DNA from: Eledone cirrhosa
Lineage: Eukaryota
Assembly (NCBI GenBank): GCA_964016885.1
Contig: OZ024741.1
Coordinates: 343,542,001 to 343,606,000 of the forward strand
DNA length: 64,000 nt
Reading direction: 5' to 3'
Shown piece after piece: positions 1 through 13,651 of the stretch (position 1 is its first letter; each line of letters opens with the position of its first letter). Under the pieces are notes generated by a model that was not told the origin of the DNA, did not search any database, and saw only the letters and a program-made list of their open reading frames with translations. Position numbers and translations under genes: made by a program.

Positions 1-76
1 AGAGAAGATTGTCTCTCTCCCTCCCTTCTCTAAATGTGTCTCTCTCCCTCAAGCGACGCCAGAAAAGAAAAATCAC

Positions 77-2043
77 GTGCAAAGCGTGCAAGATTTCTCC
101 ACGACGACGACGACAACGACGAAAAAGGTGTGCGGGAAATACGAAAACCCATTTCATTCGTCTGACGCCAGGAATAATAGCAGTAGCAGCCGTAAAAACA
201 GCAGCAGCAGCAACAATGACAAGGAAAACAACAGTAGCAGCCGCAACAGCATCAGCAGCAGCATAAGCAACAACAGCATTAGCAGCAACAGCAACAAAAA
301 CAGCAGCAGCAGCAACAACAACAACAACAACCACAGCAACTGCGGCGGCGGGAGTAGTCGTAGTACCTGCAGCAACAACAAAAGTAACAGCAGCTCTGAC
401 AACAACAACAACAACAACAACAGCAAAGAAAAACCAATCTCGTTTGCAGGTATCGCAAAGAACCTGGAAACCATCCTCATAAAAAATGAGGAATTAGAGG
501 AAGCGAAGAAGATGGTGACAAAAACCGGACACCGAGCAATCTGCAAGGCAGCCGAAAATATTTTCGAAACTCACCAGCACTGTACGGTCACGTACCGTAC
601 AGTAAGCACAAAATCCCGTAGGGTTGAAAGAGCCACAGAGGCTCAAATACAAAAAGCCTTAGGAAAACGCACATCACCCGAGGCAAGAAATATGCCACCG
701 TAGACGTGCGTTTTGCCACACCCCAGGAGGAAAAGGCTCAATCCTTAGTGACCCTAAGGAGCGAGGAAATGGTGTTGGTGCCCTCCTACTGCGGGCAAAA
801 ATTGTGAGGGTCAAACTGACCCACGTCCCCCCCCCTCCGGAATGACCCCTTCTTGGCTGGCCGCGTCAGTCCTCGTCGGAATCGAGGACAAAAAAACTGT
901 ACTGCAAGTACAGAAAAAAGTAAGAGAAGATTAGGTCGGCAACTCCATTGAGATGTTAATCCAAACCGACCAGGAGTGCATCGAAGCTATCCCGGATGTG
1001 ATAGACTTCGATAACGGCACTCAACTGCCCATAAGTGTTGAGGGCAAACGCCCGAAATGCTTTCGCTGTGGATTGAAGACTCACCTCAGGGCCTTCTGCA
1101 ACGAGAAGACCCTGAGAAAGAAAAAAAAACCCTCCTTCCGAAACCGGCTCCACGGCTACCAGCAACAGGACAAGCGGGAACCAGGAACGATAGATCCGTG
1201 GCACCCATACCCACGCCACGGAAATCAAGAACAGCAGCAGCAGTGGAAGTATTAACAACAACAGCAGCAATACCAAATGCAGCTGCAACAGAGACTCCAC
1301 TGCAAACATCACCACCAACAACAAGTGAAAGAGTGGAGCTGGTACCCCTCCCCGACCTCACAGAATCAGACATGGAGTGTGAGGTGGGAGAGGGATGGCA
1401 AAATGTCGTAAGAAGGCACAAACGCAGAAGCAGCGCATCGTCGCCTTCGAAAAGGGAGGAAAGAAATGAAAAAAGGGTAAAAGCTACTGCAAAGAGACTC
1501 ACAGCAGCAACACCACCAACACCATCACCACCCACACTAGCACCACCATCACCACCAGCGACAACCCCACCGCCAACAACAACAACACCTTCAACACCAC
1601 CACCACAAGCACCAACATCGCAAACACAACAACAAAACACACACACCCAGCAACAACGACAAGAAAATAGCAGAACCACACCCCACCCCCAGAAAAACAA
1701 ATGCACGGCAATAAATACACACAACAAGAAACTAATGACTTACATAATTGAACACACAGACATTTCACAGCACTACTACATAATACCAGCAACAATCAAA
1801 ACGCCAACGAACATAAGACTTCTAAAAATAGCACAGAAACAATACACAAACATTAAAACGAAATTCCCCAACGCAGTTGGTGATTTCAGAGACCTAGGAG
1901 GGACTCTCAACCGGAGAGTATATTCGGACATACTCATAGAAAAGCCGACGACCAGCCGAAGGGACGATTCAACGGTCCCTTCACCAGACGATCAAGTGAA
2001 AAGGTATCGAGAAACCATCCTTCCTCTACGAAAAGTACGGTAA
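77..2043 (+). pseudogene. Tx1 ORF1 (gag-like), frameshifted
   Basis: Zinc knuckle CFRCGLKTHLRAFC at ~1058-1099, an N/S-rich N-terminus from (CAA/CAG)n, and a P/T-rich linker with a WQNVVRRHKRR motif. Stop at 2043, just upstream of ORF2. Confidence 0.75.
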
Positions 2044-2078
2044 GTGGTCTTTCCCATCTTTTCCACTCTATTTTAAAC

Positions 2079-5000
2079 ATGACCTCACTCAAAATAGGCA
2101 GCATAAATGCGCGTGGCTTGGGACGTCATGGAAGCAGAGTCACTTGCTCAACGACCTCAGGTCACTAAACATAGATGTAGTGGCCATCAGCGAGACCAGA
2201 ATCTCCGAAGCACGGGCTTTCGCACCGATCTTCGGCGGCTACGATGTGTACGCATCTCCCAGCCGTCCTGGATCGGGGGGGGGGGAGTTGCTGTGTTTTT
2301 CTGAAAGGTTTGGATCTCGCCATACGGGCCATCTTCCTGGATGCAGAGGGTAATGGTGGTGCTGGACGTGACCAGCGGAGAGGGGCAAGCTTTCAGGCTA
2401 GTGGCCGTCTATGCCCCGACAGGAGCACGGCGGCCTGATTTCTTCCGGCGTCTGAAGACCTTTCTTGGAACGTCCCGCTCTTTAGTGTTAGTGGGCGACT
2501 GGAACGGGATCTTAGATGCACGCTGGGACTGTGTGGGATTAGCGGATAGGGTGGAGGGTGCAAGAGCCTCACCAACCTGCTCAGGCGTTTTGAACTGTCT
2601 GACAGGTACCGATTGGATTTCCCGAATGTGCCAATGTGGACTTGTACAAATCGCATAGGGTCATCCAGGTCATATGTAGATAGAGTATTTTGTAGGGAAA
2701 TAGATAGGTCTAGCATAGGCTGTCCACAATTCAAGATAGTCAGCTACACGGACCACAAATTCGTGATCTGTGTGCTTGACTTAGATAGGCTTCATAGACG
2801 AGGACCCGGCTACTGGAAGCTAAACGCGTCCTGACCAGCGCGCAAGGCCTACAGAGACAGGATTAGCGAACTAGATAAGCAGGCGTTGACGGGGAGCATC
2901 GTCAACAATAAGTGGTGGTTTGCTCTGAAAAGAGCGATTAGAATAGAATCCATTAGGTTTAGTAAGGCTCTAGCAATAGAGAAAAATAGAGCAGAGGGAG
3001 AACTAGTTAGAAAATTGGACAGGGCGCTTAGCAAAGGCATCCCGACCGACGTGCTTGCGGCGAAATTGGCCCTTGACCAATTCTTCAAAGCAAAGCACGA
3101 AGGTTGCGTTGTCAGAGCTAGGGTGCGTGCTCTCAGACCCGAGGGGACGAAAGCCGTTCAATGGGCCCAAGTGGCGGAGGCGCTTCGTGGCAACAAAGCC
3201 ACGTCCGGTCTTTGGTGGACCACGACGGGCGCATGCTACTCGATCCCGGGCAAATGTGTGAAACTTTTCAGCGACACTTCGCTCAGCTGTTCGGGGGCAG
3301 CGGTGGGCCGGATCGAGGGATGGACTTTAGTGTCTACCTCGACGGACTGCCGCGGCTCTCGGCCACTGAGGCGGAGTGTTGTGAAAAGCCGATAACAGCC
3401 GCTGAAATACGGGATGCAATGACTGGCTGCACAAGGGGTAAATTGCCTGATTTGGATGGTCTGCCCTATGAACTTTACGTACAGATGCCAGACTTGTTGG
3501 GAGGCCTCTTGGCGGACGTCTACTGCAACTGGCAACAGAACGGGAGAATTCCCAGCTCTGTGAGCCGAGGAGCGGTGGTACTGCTGAGAAAGGATCCGAA
3601 CAAGGGGGCTAACATAGATAATTGCAGGCCCATAACTCTGCTAAACACAGAGTTCAAGATTTTGGCCAAGGTGCTAGCAAAGAGGTTGGCGCTTGTCGTT
3701 GGTGGTCTGGTGGGAGAGGCGCAGACATGCGCCATTCCCGACAGATCCATCCACGACAACCTCGACCTCATGCGATACATCGTAGAGAGGGTAGCTAGGG
3801 AACCTGGCACGGGTGGGTCTTTGATAAATTTAGATCAGTCGAAAGCTTTCGATAGGGTCGACCATCGTTACCTAGCGGCAGTATTGAGTGCGGCTGGCTT
3901 TGGGCCCGTCTTCAGAGGCTGGATCGCTGCCATGCACAGCGACAGCTGCTCTGTGGTGAGAGTGAACGGTCACCTTTCGGAACCGTTCAACATCATGCGC
4001 TCGGTCCGCCAAGGATGTCCCTCTCGTCTCTCTTGTATGTATTGACTCTCGAGCCATTACTGCACAAACTGGAGACGTTGAGGGCGTTCCCGCGCGAACT
4101 AGTATGCGGAAGATCCGTGTCAGCATATGCGGACGATGTCACCGTAGTGGTGTCGAACGCCAAACACATCGAGGCGATCGGCACTACACTAAGAGAATAC
4201 GAAGCGGTGACAGGAGCAATGATCAACCAGGAAAAATCAGTGGGCCTGCAGCTCGGCACCTGGTGAGGCAGGTCGATGCCGTCCAACAGCGTCGTCGGGC
4301 GCTGGACAGACGGACCGGTTAAATTGCTAGGGGTCTGGTTCGGTTCGGACCTCCAGACGGACAAAAACTGGGACGAGGTGACGAGCAGGGTGGCTTCTCT
4401 CACCCAGAAATGGGCGGAGAGGAAGCTATCCCTGAAAGGTCGAGCGGAGGTGGCTAACGCGTACATCGCGTCCGTCATCTACTACCGCCTGACCGTCGTA
4501 CCTTGTCCTAAGCCCCGCCTGACTGCGCTGGAGCGTTTGCCCTTTCGCTTTTTATGGAAGGAACGCGCTCCGATGGTCAGGCGGTCCATCTGCTGTCAAC
4601 ACCCGCTACGTGGAGGGCTGGACATGCCGTGGCTGATGATGGCCAGACACACGCTCAGGCTGCGACATCTCCACCTCTTCCTCGACGGTGATCAGGTGTG
4701 GTCGCCGTTTGCTAGACACGTCTTTCCCCAGCTCGTCTCCTTGACGGAGCTGCAGTCTGGGTCAAGCGAAGACCGAGAGGGAGCGCTTGGAAACTGGAAT
4801 GTTTTCAGGCGCTCACAACCCTCGACCAATCGGTCAATGTGATCGGTGGAAACTCCACCTTGGCGTTCTATAGAGGATTAGTGGAGGGGAAGAGCGACGA
4901 TGTACTTGGAGAAACTCTAGGCGTCGACGAAAATCAACTAGCCAATCTCTTCTGAAGGTCTCTCGGGCCGGGGCCTATGGACAACTTCCAGAAATCCCCG

Positions 5001-5492
5001 GTCTGGCAGTGCTACCGGGGAGCTTTGCCAGTTCGGGATAAACTTTACAGGCATGGAGGTGCCGTCAGCTGGGCATGTCCGAGATGCGCCCAGGGCGACG
5101 AAACCGTCCTGCACGCACTCGTCCAGTGTCCGAGCATTGCTGACTCGTGGGTTTATGTCGAACACCTGCTGTCACGTGTAGGACCGATCCGGCTATCAGC
5201 TGAGTCCATCGTGAGGATTGCCTCGCCCTCTGCCTTTAGCCGGGAAGAGCAGGCAGATTTTATCTGTCTGGTAGCCATGGCGAAAGAGATAGTATGGTGG
5301 ACACGTTTGAAAGGGCTGAAGACGAGCACTTACATCTTCGGTGATGCCCTGATTAACTTTTTCAAATGTCATTTGAAAAGGAAAATCAGGGTAGAGAGGG
5401 AAGTACTCTCTTCCCAGCATTTTGTTGAAAGATGGGTGAGAGAAGCAAGTATGGCCCGAGTGAATGGGCCTACTCTGAGTATGTGTCTGTAA
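2079..5492 (+). pseudogene. Tx1 ORF2: AP endonuclease, reverse transcriptase, zinc finger
   Basis: MTSLKIGSINARG start; DVVAISET, VYAP, LVGDWN and YTDH APE motifs; RPITLLN, LDQSKAFDRVDH, VRQGCP and AYADD (YADD 4126-4137); CPRC...ETVLHALVQC. Split over several frames. Confidence 0.9.
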
Positions 5493-5741
5493 ATTAAAGG
5501 TGGAAAACTGTGAGAGGGCACTTGCCCTGGTGGTCAGGGTCACTGTGGTCTTTTAATGGGCTTTCTCCACAAATGCCCCTCGGAAGTCTCCCGCCCCCCC
5601 TATTGGGGAATTTTTCTTTCTTATTTTTATTACATCCTCTGTTTTATTTACACGCAGAAATGCCTATTTGTACCGTCCTGTATTGTCTTGTACTGTCCTT
5701 AATGTCTACTTTATGTAAACCCTTGTGGTTAATAAAGAACA

Positions 5742-5742
<1 letters not shown>

Positions 5743-5793
<51 letters not shown>
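5743..5793. repeat. (ATT/TAA)n microsatellite between the Tx1 3' end and the Dong 3' end
   Basis: Pure trinucleotide tract of about 17 units. Confidence 0.95.
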
Positions 5794-5795
<2 letters not shown>

Positions 5796-8700
5796 AGTTG
5801 CATTTATCTTGCTTTATGTTCATACGAGTTATCACCAAGTCACAACCAGTGACCTCAAGAGACAACAAGGTCCGCCATGTTCAAGAAAGAACATACATAC
5901 TCACACATGCATCTTTAATGTTTAGACTTGTGATGTACTTATATTGACAGAATCTTCCTTAGTATATGGGCAGTTCCCATTAGTACTATCTTTTGTATTT
6001 CTCCTATACGCGGGTTTCCTGGGATTTGCGATAAGTAATCATTAGACCCCTTAGGTATCATTCCCAGAGCGCCTACAACCACTGGTATTGTTTTAGTTCT
6101 CAATTTCCACATTTTTCCAATTTCTATCTCCAGGTCCTTATACTTGCTCAATTTTTCAAATGTTTTTATAGATACATTCTTGTCTATTGGAACAGACATA
6201 TCAATTAGCAGGCATACCCTCTTTTTAAAGTCCTTCAATATTATATCAGGTCTATTTGCATCTATTTTTCGGTCTGTTTGGATGCTGAAGTTCCACAAGA
6301 TTGAGATGTGATCTTTTTCAAGTATGGGAGGTGGTTGATGCTCCCACCAATTCTTTTGATGGGGAAGGTCAAAATGCTTACACATTATCCAATGTATGTA
6401 TTGTGCAGCTCTGTCATGCCTGTTTAGGTATTCGGTTGGAGCTATAGGACTGCACATTGAAATTACATGGTCAATGGTCTCTGGTTCTTTTTTGATATTA
6501 ACGGCATAATGGGCTGCATCCATTTTTTATTATGTTGGCTTGGTAATTTTTTGTTGGCAGAAACTGATCTTGTGCTGATATAATCAGTCCTTCAGTCTCC
6601 GATTTCAGTTCAGAGGATGCCAACAACTGATGGGTTAATGTTTTGTCAACATCAGGATTGTTAGCTCGCTCTGGGTATTTTCCATACAGAGGCTTTTCTT
6701 GCCATTTCTTAGCCAGTTTCTGTAGCAGTTCTTTCTTTGCAGTTACTTTTACCTGCTTTGCTTTTTCTGTGTTTTCCATTTCAGCAGTAAATGGGACTTC
6801 TGAAATGTGTAGTCCATTACTGTATCTTTGTGCATCTTTTGTAATGGAATATGATCTTTTGATGCTTTCGTGTTTCAAAACGAGTTTGATCATCCAATCA
6901 TGTGATTCCCTTAGATATGTAGATAATCCAATTGTTGCAGTTTTCAACGCATTGTCTAACTGGATTAAACTACGTCCTCCTTCTTTCTCAGGGAGATATA
7001 TTCTATTTATATCTGCCTTAGGGTGATGCATTCTGTGCATGGTTAAGAATTTTCGAATTTTTGTATCGAGCCTACGGATCTCTGTGCTTGACCAGTTGAT
7101 GACATTGTAACTGTAGGTTACTACTGGTATGGCAAGCGTGTTTATGGCATCGATCCTATTCCTTGCATTCAATTCCGTTCTTAAGATTGCTGTTACTCTG
7201 CGGTAACATTCCTTCCTTATCCTTTCCCTCATTGTCGAGTGCTTGATTCCGTCTCCTTCACAAACACCTAGATATTTGTAAGTTTTTTCTTGATCAAGTT
7301 CTCTTATCACGTTCCCCCGATCAAGATTAAAGTCTGAACTCTTCAGCAGCTTTCCTCTGGTGAACGTTGCTTTGGCGCATTTATCTAGTCCAAACTCCAT
7401 CATTTTAATGTCATCACTGAACTGCCCCACAGTGGATAATAGCCCTTGCAATTGTTCATCATTTTTTGCAAATAGTTTCAGGTCATCCATGTAGAACAAG
7501 TGATTAATGGTTTTGTCATAGGCTTTATATCCATTTTTTGTTTCATTGAGCATTTTACTTAATGGTATAAGTGCGATGCAGAATAAAAGCGGTGATAAAG
7601 AGTCACCCTGAAAAATTCCACAATTAATATTAACTTCTCCAGCTTCCAGTGATTTTGTTTCACTATTCAAAAGGAGTGTCGTTTTCCATGTCTTCATACT
7701 GAATGACAAAAACCTCCTGACAACGGGGGATATTTTGAAAATCTCTAAACATTTTTCAATCCAACTGTGTGGCAAACTATCGAATGCTTTTTTATAATCT
7801 ATCCAAGTAATCGATAGATTTTTGTGTCTATTATGACAATCTCCCAGTATCATTTTGTTAACCAGAAGCTGATCCTTACAGCCATATGAGCCTCGTTTAC
7901 ACCCTTTCTGCTCAATGGGAAATAGGTCATTTGTTATCAGGTGGTCATATGTGTATTCAGTTAGGACTGATGTTAAAATTTTATACATTGTGGTCAAGCA
8001 AGTTATCGGTCTGTAATTTCTGGGATTGTTTGTCTCATCATTCTTCGGAAGCAGGAATGTAATGCCGTTAACTAGCCATGAAGGTATCTTTTCTGGCTCC
8101 TTAACTATTTCATTGTAAAGTTGGGCTAACAGCTCATGAGACTCTGTGAAGGCATTTATCCAAAAGTTTTGTATTTTGTCTTTTCCTGGGGATTTCCATT
8201 TGCTGGTTTTTCTTAGAGCCAAGCGCAACTGTTCAACTGTTATATTTTCCCATGTTTGTTCCTCAAGGTGAGCTGTATCTTTCATTTGTCTGTCTATCCA
8301 TGGGGCATGTATGTTATGAACTTTTTCTTCGGCCCAGATCTTTTCCCAGAATTCTTGCACTTCCTCCTTGGGTGGTATTGATTTAGCAGTTATTGTTGAC
8401 TTACCAATTTTTCTGTAGAAGTTTCTTTGGTTGTTTTTGAACATATTATTGTCCTTATAGAATCTAGATCGTTTTTCAAAGCGCATTATACGAGCAGCTT
8501 TGGCCGACACTTTTTGCTTGATTATTTCTATCAGCATGTCTATGTCACATGTTGATTTTATACTGTACTTTTTTTTCAATTTTCTAAGTTTAATTTGTTT
8601 AATATGTTCACCTACTTTATAGTTTGTTAAAATTTCTATGTCAGATCGGAGAAGGTTTATTTGGCGATTGATGTTCTCTTGCCAAGTAGATTTCTTGTGG

Positions 8701-9780
8701 GAATTCCTTTGTATTTTCATCTTCACTCCACATAAGTGAGTGGTGACTTTAGCCGATGCATAATAGAGATGATTTAAATCAGTAATGTTTAGTTTGTTTG
8801 TGATGATAATGTTTTTGAGAATTATGTTAGTCTTGTGTATTATCTTTTGGTTCTGTTTGGAGTTCTGGATCTTAGGGAGGGTGTCTCGTTGCCCCATGTC
8901 AGATTCTTTCATTTTCATCCATTCGATCATAATTTCATCCTTCAAGTTGGCAAGTTCATTCTCATTCATTTCTTTATCATTTACGATCTCATTATTTTCA
9001 TTTGGAGTTTCATCCTGAGCATGCACTCCCTCCACTTTTTCGATCCTTTCTTTAATTTGTTCTGTTGCCAGTGATTCCGCCCCGCCCCAACCCTGGGATT
9101 CGAAGTGTTACAGTTTACCTCGTTTTCACTGACACATGTTTCATTTTCCCTTCGCTGACTTTGTGCTAATAGCTTGATCTGATCAATTTCTATATCAGTT
9201 AGTAACGTTTTCCTTACAATATTTCTTCGTATATTGGCTAAGTTTGTTACTGTCAATATAGCCTCTGTTTTCGGGATGTTTCTTTTTCCAGTTGATATAT
9301 GTCTGTTCTGTATTCGATGTATTTGATGGCTAGTACATGGCAGTGTAGAAAGCCTCAAGGACTTCTTTATTATCTTCCCTTGACCATTTTTCTCTCTTTT
9401 TCTTTGGATTTCTTGGTGGTGAGCATGGAGGGCCAACAGTAGGAGTATTCCGGTTATGGGAGGTCTCCAGCTCCGAAGTGATGGGAAGGTTTGAACCATT
9501 AGCTGATTTTTCGACCCCAGTCTGGTTCCTCTCTGAGGGACGCCGCCCTTTTTTACCCGGGTGACGGCCGATCCGGTATGAGATTTAATCATTAGACATT
9601 TACTTTATTTTGTCGCGTTTTATCCTTATCCGCCAAGGGGTAATCATTTCGTGTTACCACTTCTAGAACGAGTGTCAACTAAGACTAGAGGGGCCGTTCT
9701 CCCCTAGAGACACGGCTATTCCCCGCCGGCCGCCATCCCGGTATTTCTTGGTCACGGGGTTTTCTTTTTGTTGTTTTTTT
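5794..9780 (-). mobile_element. Dong/R4-clade RLE non-LTR retrotransposon (copy 1), near full length
   Basis: A single ORF broken by frameshifts (9592-8981, 9035-6498, 6523-5939). RT motifs DYKKAFDS, GIFQGDSLSPLLF and FYMDDLKL; CCHC (CR..ETIDHVISMC); RHD; RLE RPDIIL...IDMSVP...KLSKY. The 3' end runs into (TAA)n. Confidence 0.9.
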
Positions 9781-9845
9781 AAATTGTTATTATCATGAGT
9801 GGTTCCTTAATGTGAGCATTGCGTGGCAAAAGAATGAAATTATTA

Positions 9846-9893
9846 ATAATTGTCTCCACTCCAGGCACAAGGCCAGCAATCACCCAGTGCACC
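9846..9893 (-). mobile_element. 3' fragment of the Deu/Nin-type SINE
   Basis: ATAATTGTCTCCACTCCAGGCACAAGGCCAGCAATCACCCAGTGCA matches the tail of the full SINE copies. Confidence 0.65.
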
Positions 9894-9979
9894 ACAATAA
9901 TATAATATACTTTTTGTTGTTATAATAATATAATATACTTTTTGTTATTATTATTATTATTATTATTATTGTTGTTATT

Positions 9980-12780
9980 CCTTGAATCTCAGTCATTGAT
10001 GTTGGTTAACTGGAAAGTCCGTTGGAATGAATATCAAGCCACTACCTGCAGCCTCAGATATTCAGGACGTATCGGAGGGTTCTTGCTGTTCCAAGCAAGC
10101 ATGCCTTTTGAAGCGTTCCAAAAAGCGTGAAGGGGCCGATTTTCTTTAACCATCCCTGGAAACTTTTGGAGATAGTCCCCAGTGCGCCTATGACAATCGG
10201 GATCACTTTGACTTCATGGCAGTTCCAAATCCTTTTCACCTCCCACTTTAGGTCCTGGTATCGGTTAATTTTCTCCCTCTCCTTCTCTTGCACTCACGTG
10301 TCGAAAGGGCAGGCCACATCCACAATCAGACACGATCTTTTTTCTTTGTCCACAACCACCAGGTCAGGTCTATTGTGTTCCAGTTTTTTGTCCGTCTGTA
10401 TCCTAAAATCCCACAGCACCTTCACCTGATTGTTCTCCATCACCGCCTGTGGCCTATGCTCATACCATTTCTCAGAATGTGGTAAATTGTTTACTTTGCA
10501 CAGGTGCCAGTGGATCATCCTGCCCATCACATCGTGTCTCCAGCCCTTATAGTGGGTCTGGGCTAGGTGTTTACACTCGGACACAATGTGAGCCACAGTC
10601 TCCTCTCTCTCTCCACAGATCCTGCACTGTGGGCTAGCCTCCTCCTTGTAAATATGGTGCTTCAACCACTTCGTTTTGAGGGCCTGCTCCTGCGCAGCCA
10701 TTAGCATTCCTTCTGTAGCCTTTTTGAGGTCTCCTCTTCTCAACCAGTTCCATGTCTGTGGATCTCTAAATTCAGTTTTCTCAAAGAAGGTACTATGAAG
10801 GGATTTTCCCTTAAGGCTGCTCTTCCTCCTTGATGTTATTTCCTCCTTGGACATCCCCTGGCCTACTGTCCCCTCCTTCAGTACAGTTCTGAACATTGGC
10901 TCCTTACTATAGGTCACGTATTTGTATAGGTTGTTTTTCTCCATCTGAACACAGTCCTCTATGCTGATAAGACCTCTTCCACCCTCAGATCTCCTTAGGT
11001 AGAGTCTATCGACATCACTCCTCTTGTGGAACATGTTGTAGATAGTCAATAGCTTCCTAGTCTTCCTATCCATTTCTTTTTTTAGCAACATTCCATCTCA
11101 GAATTCCCGCACTGTACCTAATAATAGACACAGCTCGGGAATTTACTGCGCTTATGGCATTTCTGCTGTTCAGATGTGACTTCAATACACTCCTTACTCT
11201 CCGAATGTATTCAGTTCTTAACAATTCCTTCATTTTTTTGTTCTTTATGCCATCAGCCTCCAGAACGCCCAAATACTTGTATCCTTCCTCAGAGTCAATT
11301 TCCTTTATCATCTCACCTGTTGGTATATGGATCCCGTTACTTCTGCTCAACCTACCCCTCCTCATCACAATGACTCCACATTTACTAATACCAAACTGCA
11401 TACATATATCACTGCTGAAAATACGGACAGTGTTAACAAGCACATCCAACTCCTTCTCACTTTTCACGAAGAGCTTAAGATCGCCCATGAAGAGGAGGTG
11501 ATTGATGTTAAGCTCTCCCTTTCCCAACTTGTATCCTGCTCTCACTTTTCGCAGCATAATGGTCAAGGGCATCAGGGCAAGGACAAACAACAGAGGGGAC
11601 AGGCTATCTCCCTGGAAGATACCTCTCTTGATCTTCACGCTTCCCAAGGATACTCCAGTTGATGTCAACTCTGTCTCCCAAGACCCCATACTCCTGCCCA
11701 GCAACTGTCTGATGTTATCTGCCACCCTGAATATCTCCAGGCTTTTGGTGATCCAAGAATGAGGCACCATGTCAAATGCCTTTCTGTAGTCTATCCATCC
11801 TATGGCAAGATCAGTGTGTCTCCTCCTGCAATTCCCCATTACCATCTTATCAATAAGTAACTGGTCCTTTGTACCACGTGACTTCTTTCGGCATCCTTTC
11901 TGTTCGTCCGGTAACAAGTTGTTTGTGTGGAGGTGATGGTAGATTTCTTCAGACACAATGCTCGTCAACAGTTTCCACATTACGGACTGACATGTGATAG
12001 GTCTATAGTTGGTAACATCATTACCCTTGATTCGGTCTTTCATTATCAGAACTGTGGTACCTTTTGTCAACCACTCTGGCACCTCACCCGACACCAAGCA
12101 GTCATTGAACATGGCCGTCAGCTTCGGGTGGAGGGATGTTAAATTTTTAATCCAATACCCCTGCACACCATCTGGGCCTGGTGATTTCCAGTTGGTTAGT
12201 TTTTTGGCCTGCCCATTAAGAGTTTCAACTGTGATACTCAAATCAGTTTGTTGGTGTGCCTGCTCACCGAACTCCCTCTGTACTGTCTCAATCCACCCTG
12301 CCTGGACATTATGTCTAACACCCTGCTCCCATATTCCTCTCCAGAATGTTTTAGTTTGCTCCGCCCCAGGGATCAAGTCGTTGCCTCTTTCTTTCCCCTC
12401 AAGCTGTCCAAACAGCATCTTCTGGTTGTTGTCGAACATGCGGTTCTGTTTATACTGACTGACTCTGTTCTCGTATCGCCTGATTTTTGCACTCTTTGCT
12501 ACAATGCGTTGCTTCAGTTCCTCTATGATAATATTTAGCTTTTCCTCCTAGTTTTGTACTTTATTTCCAGTCTATTTTTAGTGCCTATGTTTTTTAGTGT
12601 CCCATTCAGTAGTGACTCAAGCTTTCCTATGTCATTTCTCATTTCGCTGATTTGACCACTCAGTCGTTTCTTCCACCACGGCTCTGCTCTTTCTTGTCTG
12701 TTGTTTCCTCTCGCTTTTATACCAAGTAGTTTCCTCACCGTATTTGCTGTTGCTTTGAGGATATTGTTGCACTGGTGAAC
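9980..12780 (-). mobile_element. Dong/R4-clade RLE non-LTR retrotransposon (copy 2, different family), 5'-truncated
   Basis: RT motifs DYRKAFDMVPH, GIFQGDSLSPLLF and LFMGDLKL (catalytic D lost); CRICG..ETVAHIVSEC; RHD; RPDLVVVD..DVACP; EKINRYQDL. Flanked on both sides by (TAA)n (9944-9978, 12781-12846). Confidence 0.9.
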
Positions 12781-12781
12781 A

Positions 12782-12846
<65 letters not shown>

Positions 12847-13302
12847 CTAGTGCCTATCTCACTCAGGCTTTCACTATCAATGTATCGGAGTCATGTAACC
12901 TTATCTTCATGACGTCCAACCATAGATTGATACATATGATAGTTCATTCTGTAGGTGTTACTTTCTGTTCTAATTACCTTACTTCAGCTTCGTCAATATT
13001 GAAGACTGTTTTGTAGAGAATGGAATATATCTGCTGTGTATTGTATGGTGCGTCGTCAAGGTGTGGTGGCGTGGTGGCGTCGAGGTGTGGTGGTGTGGTG
13101 GTATGCTGGTGTGGTGGTGTGCTTGTGTGCTTGTGTGGTGGTGTGCAGGTGTGCTGTTGTGGTGGTGTGCTGGTGTGGTTGTATTATTATACTAGGTCTA
13201 AATATAGGTATAATGCATATTCCACGTGTTGCTTCTGTGTGATGTGAATAATTTTCGCTATAATACAATGGGATATTGTTTTTGTTATAGCTGATGTTTT
13301 CA

Positions 13303-13352
<50 letters not shown>

Positions 13353-13465
13353 ATAGTAGTAGTAGTAGCCGGAGCAGCAGTGATAGTAATAGTAGTAGTG
13401 GTAGTAGTAGTAGTAGTAGTAGTAGCAGTAGTAGTAGTAGTAGTAGCAGCAGCAGCAGCAGCAGG
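13303..13465. repeat. (TAG)n/(CAG)n compound microsatellite
   Basis: Direct reading. Confidence 0.9.
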
Positions 13466-13651
13466 AGTAGTATTTGCTGATGTTATAGTAGTTGCTTTTG
13501 TTGTTGCTGATCGTGTGTGTGTGTATTAGTGCGCATGCGTGCGTGTTCCGTATGGTTCTAATTTCATGAATCATTCCTGTTTTGAGTTATCTAGAAAAAA
13601 AGATGTTATACACACACACACACACACACACACATCCAAACATATATATAT

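Larger units (their letters stand above)
1..5742 (+). mobile_element. Tx1/L1-clade non-LTR retrotransposon, near full length, decayed
   Basis: ORF1 has a CCHC knuckle. ORF2 has APE, RT and a C-terminal zinc finger, with many frameshifts and stops. The 3' UTR ends GTAAACCCTTGTGGTTAATAAAGAACAC followed by (ATT)n. Confidence 0.9.

Noticed and set aside
9593-9780. Possible HDV-like ribozyme in the Dong 5' UTR (GC-rich hairpins, GGCGGA-UAAGG)
   Set aside because: I could not assemble P1, P3 and P1.1 in the required order. Only simple hairpins are evident.
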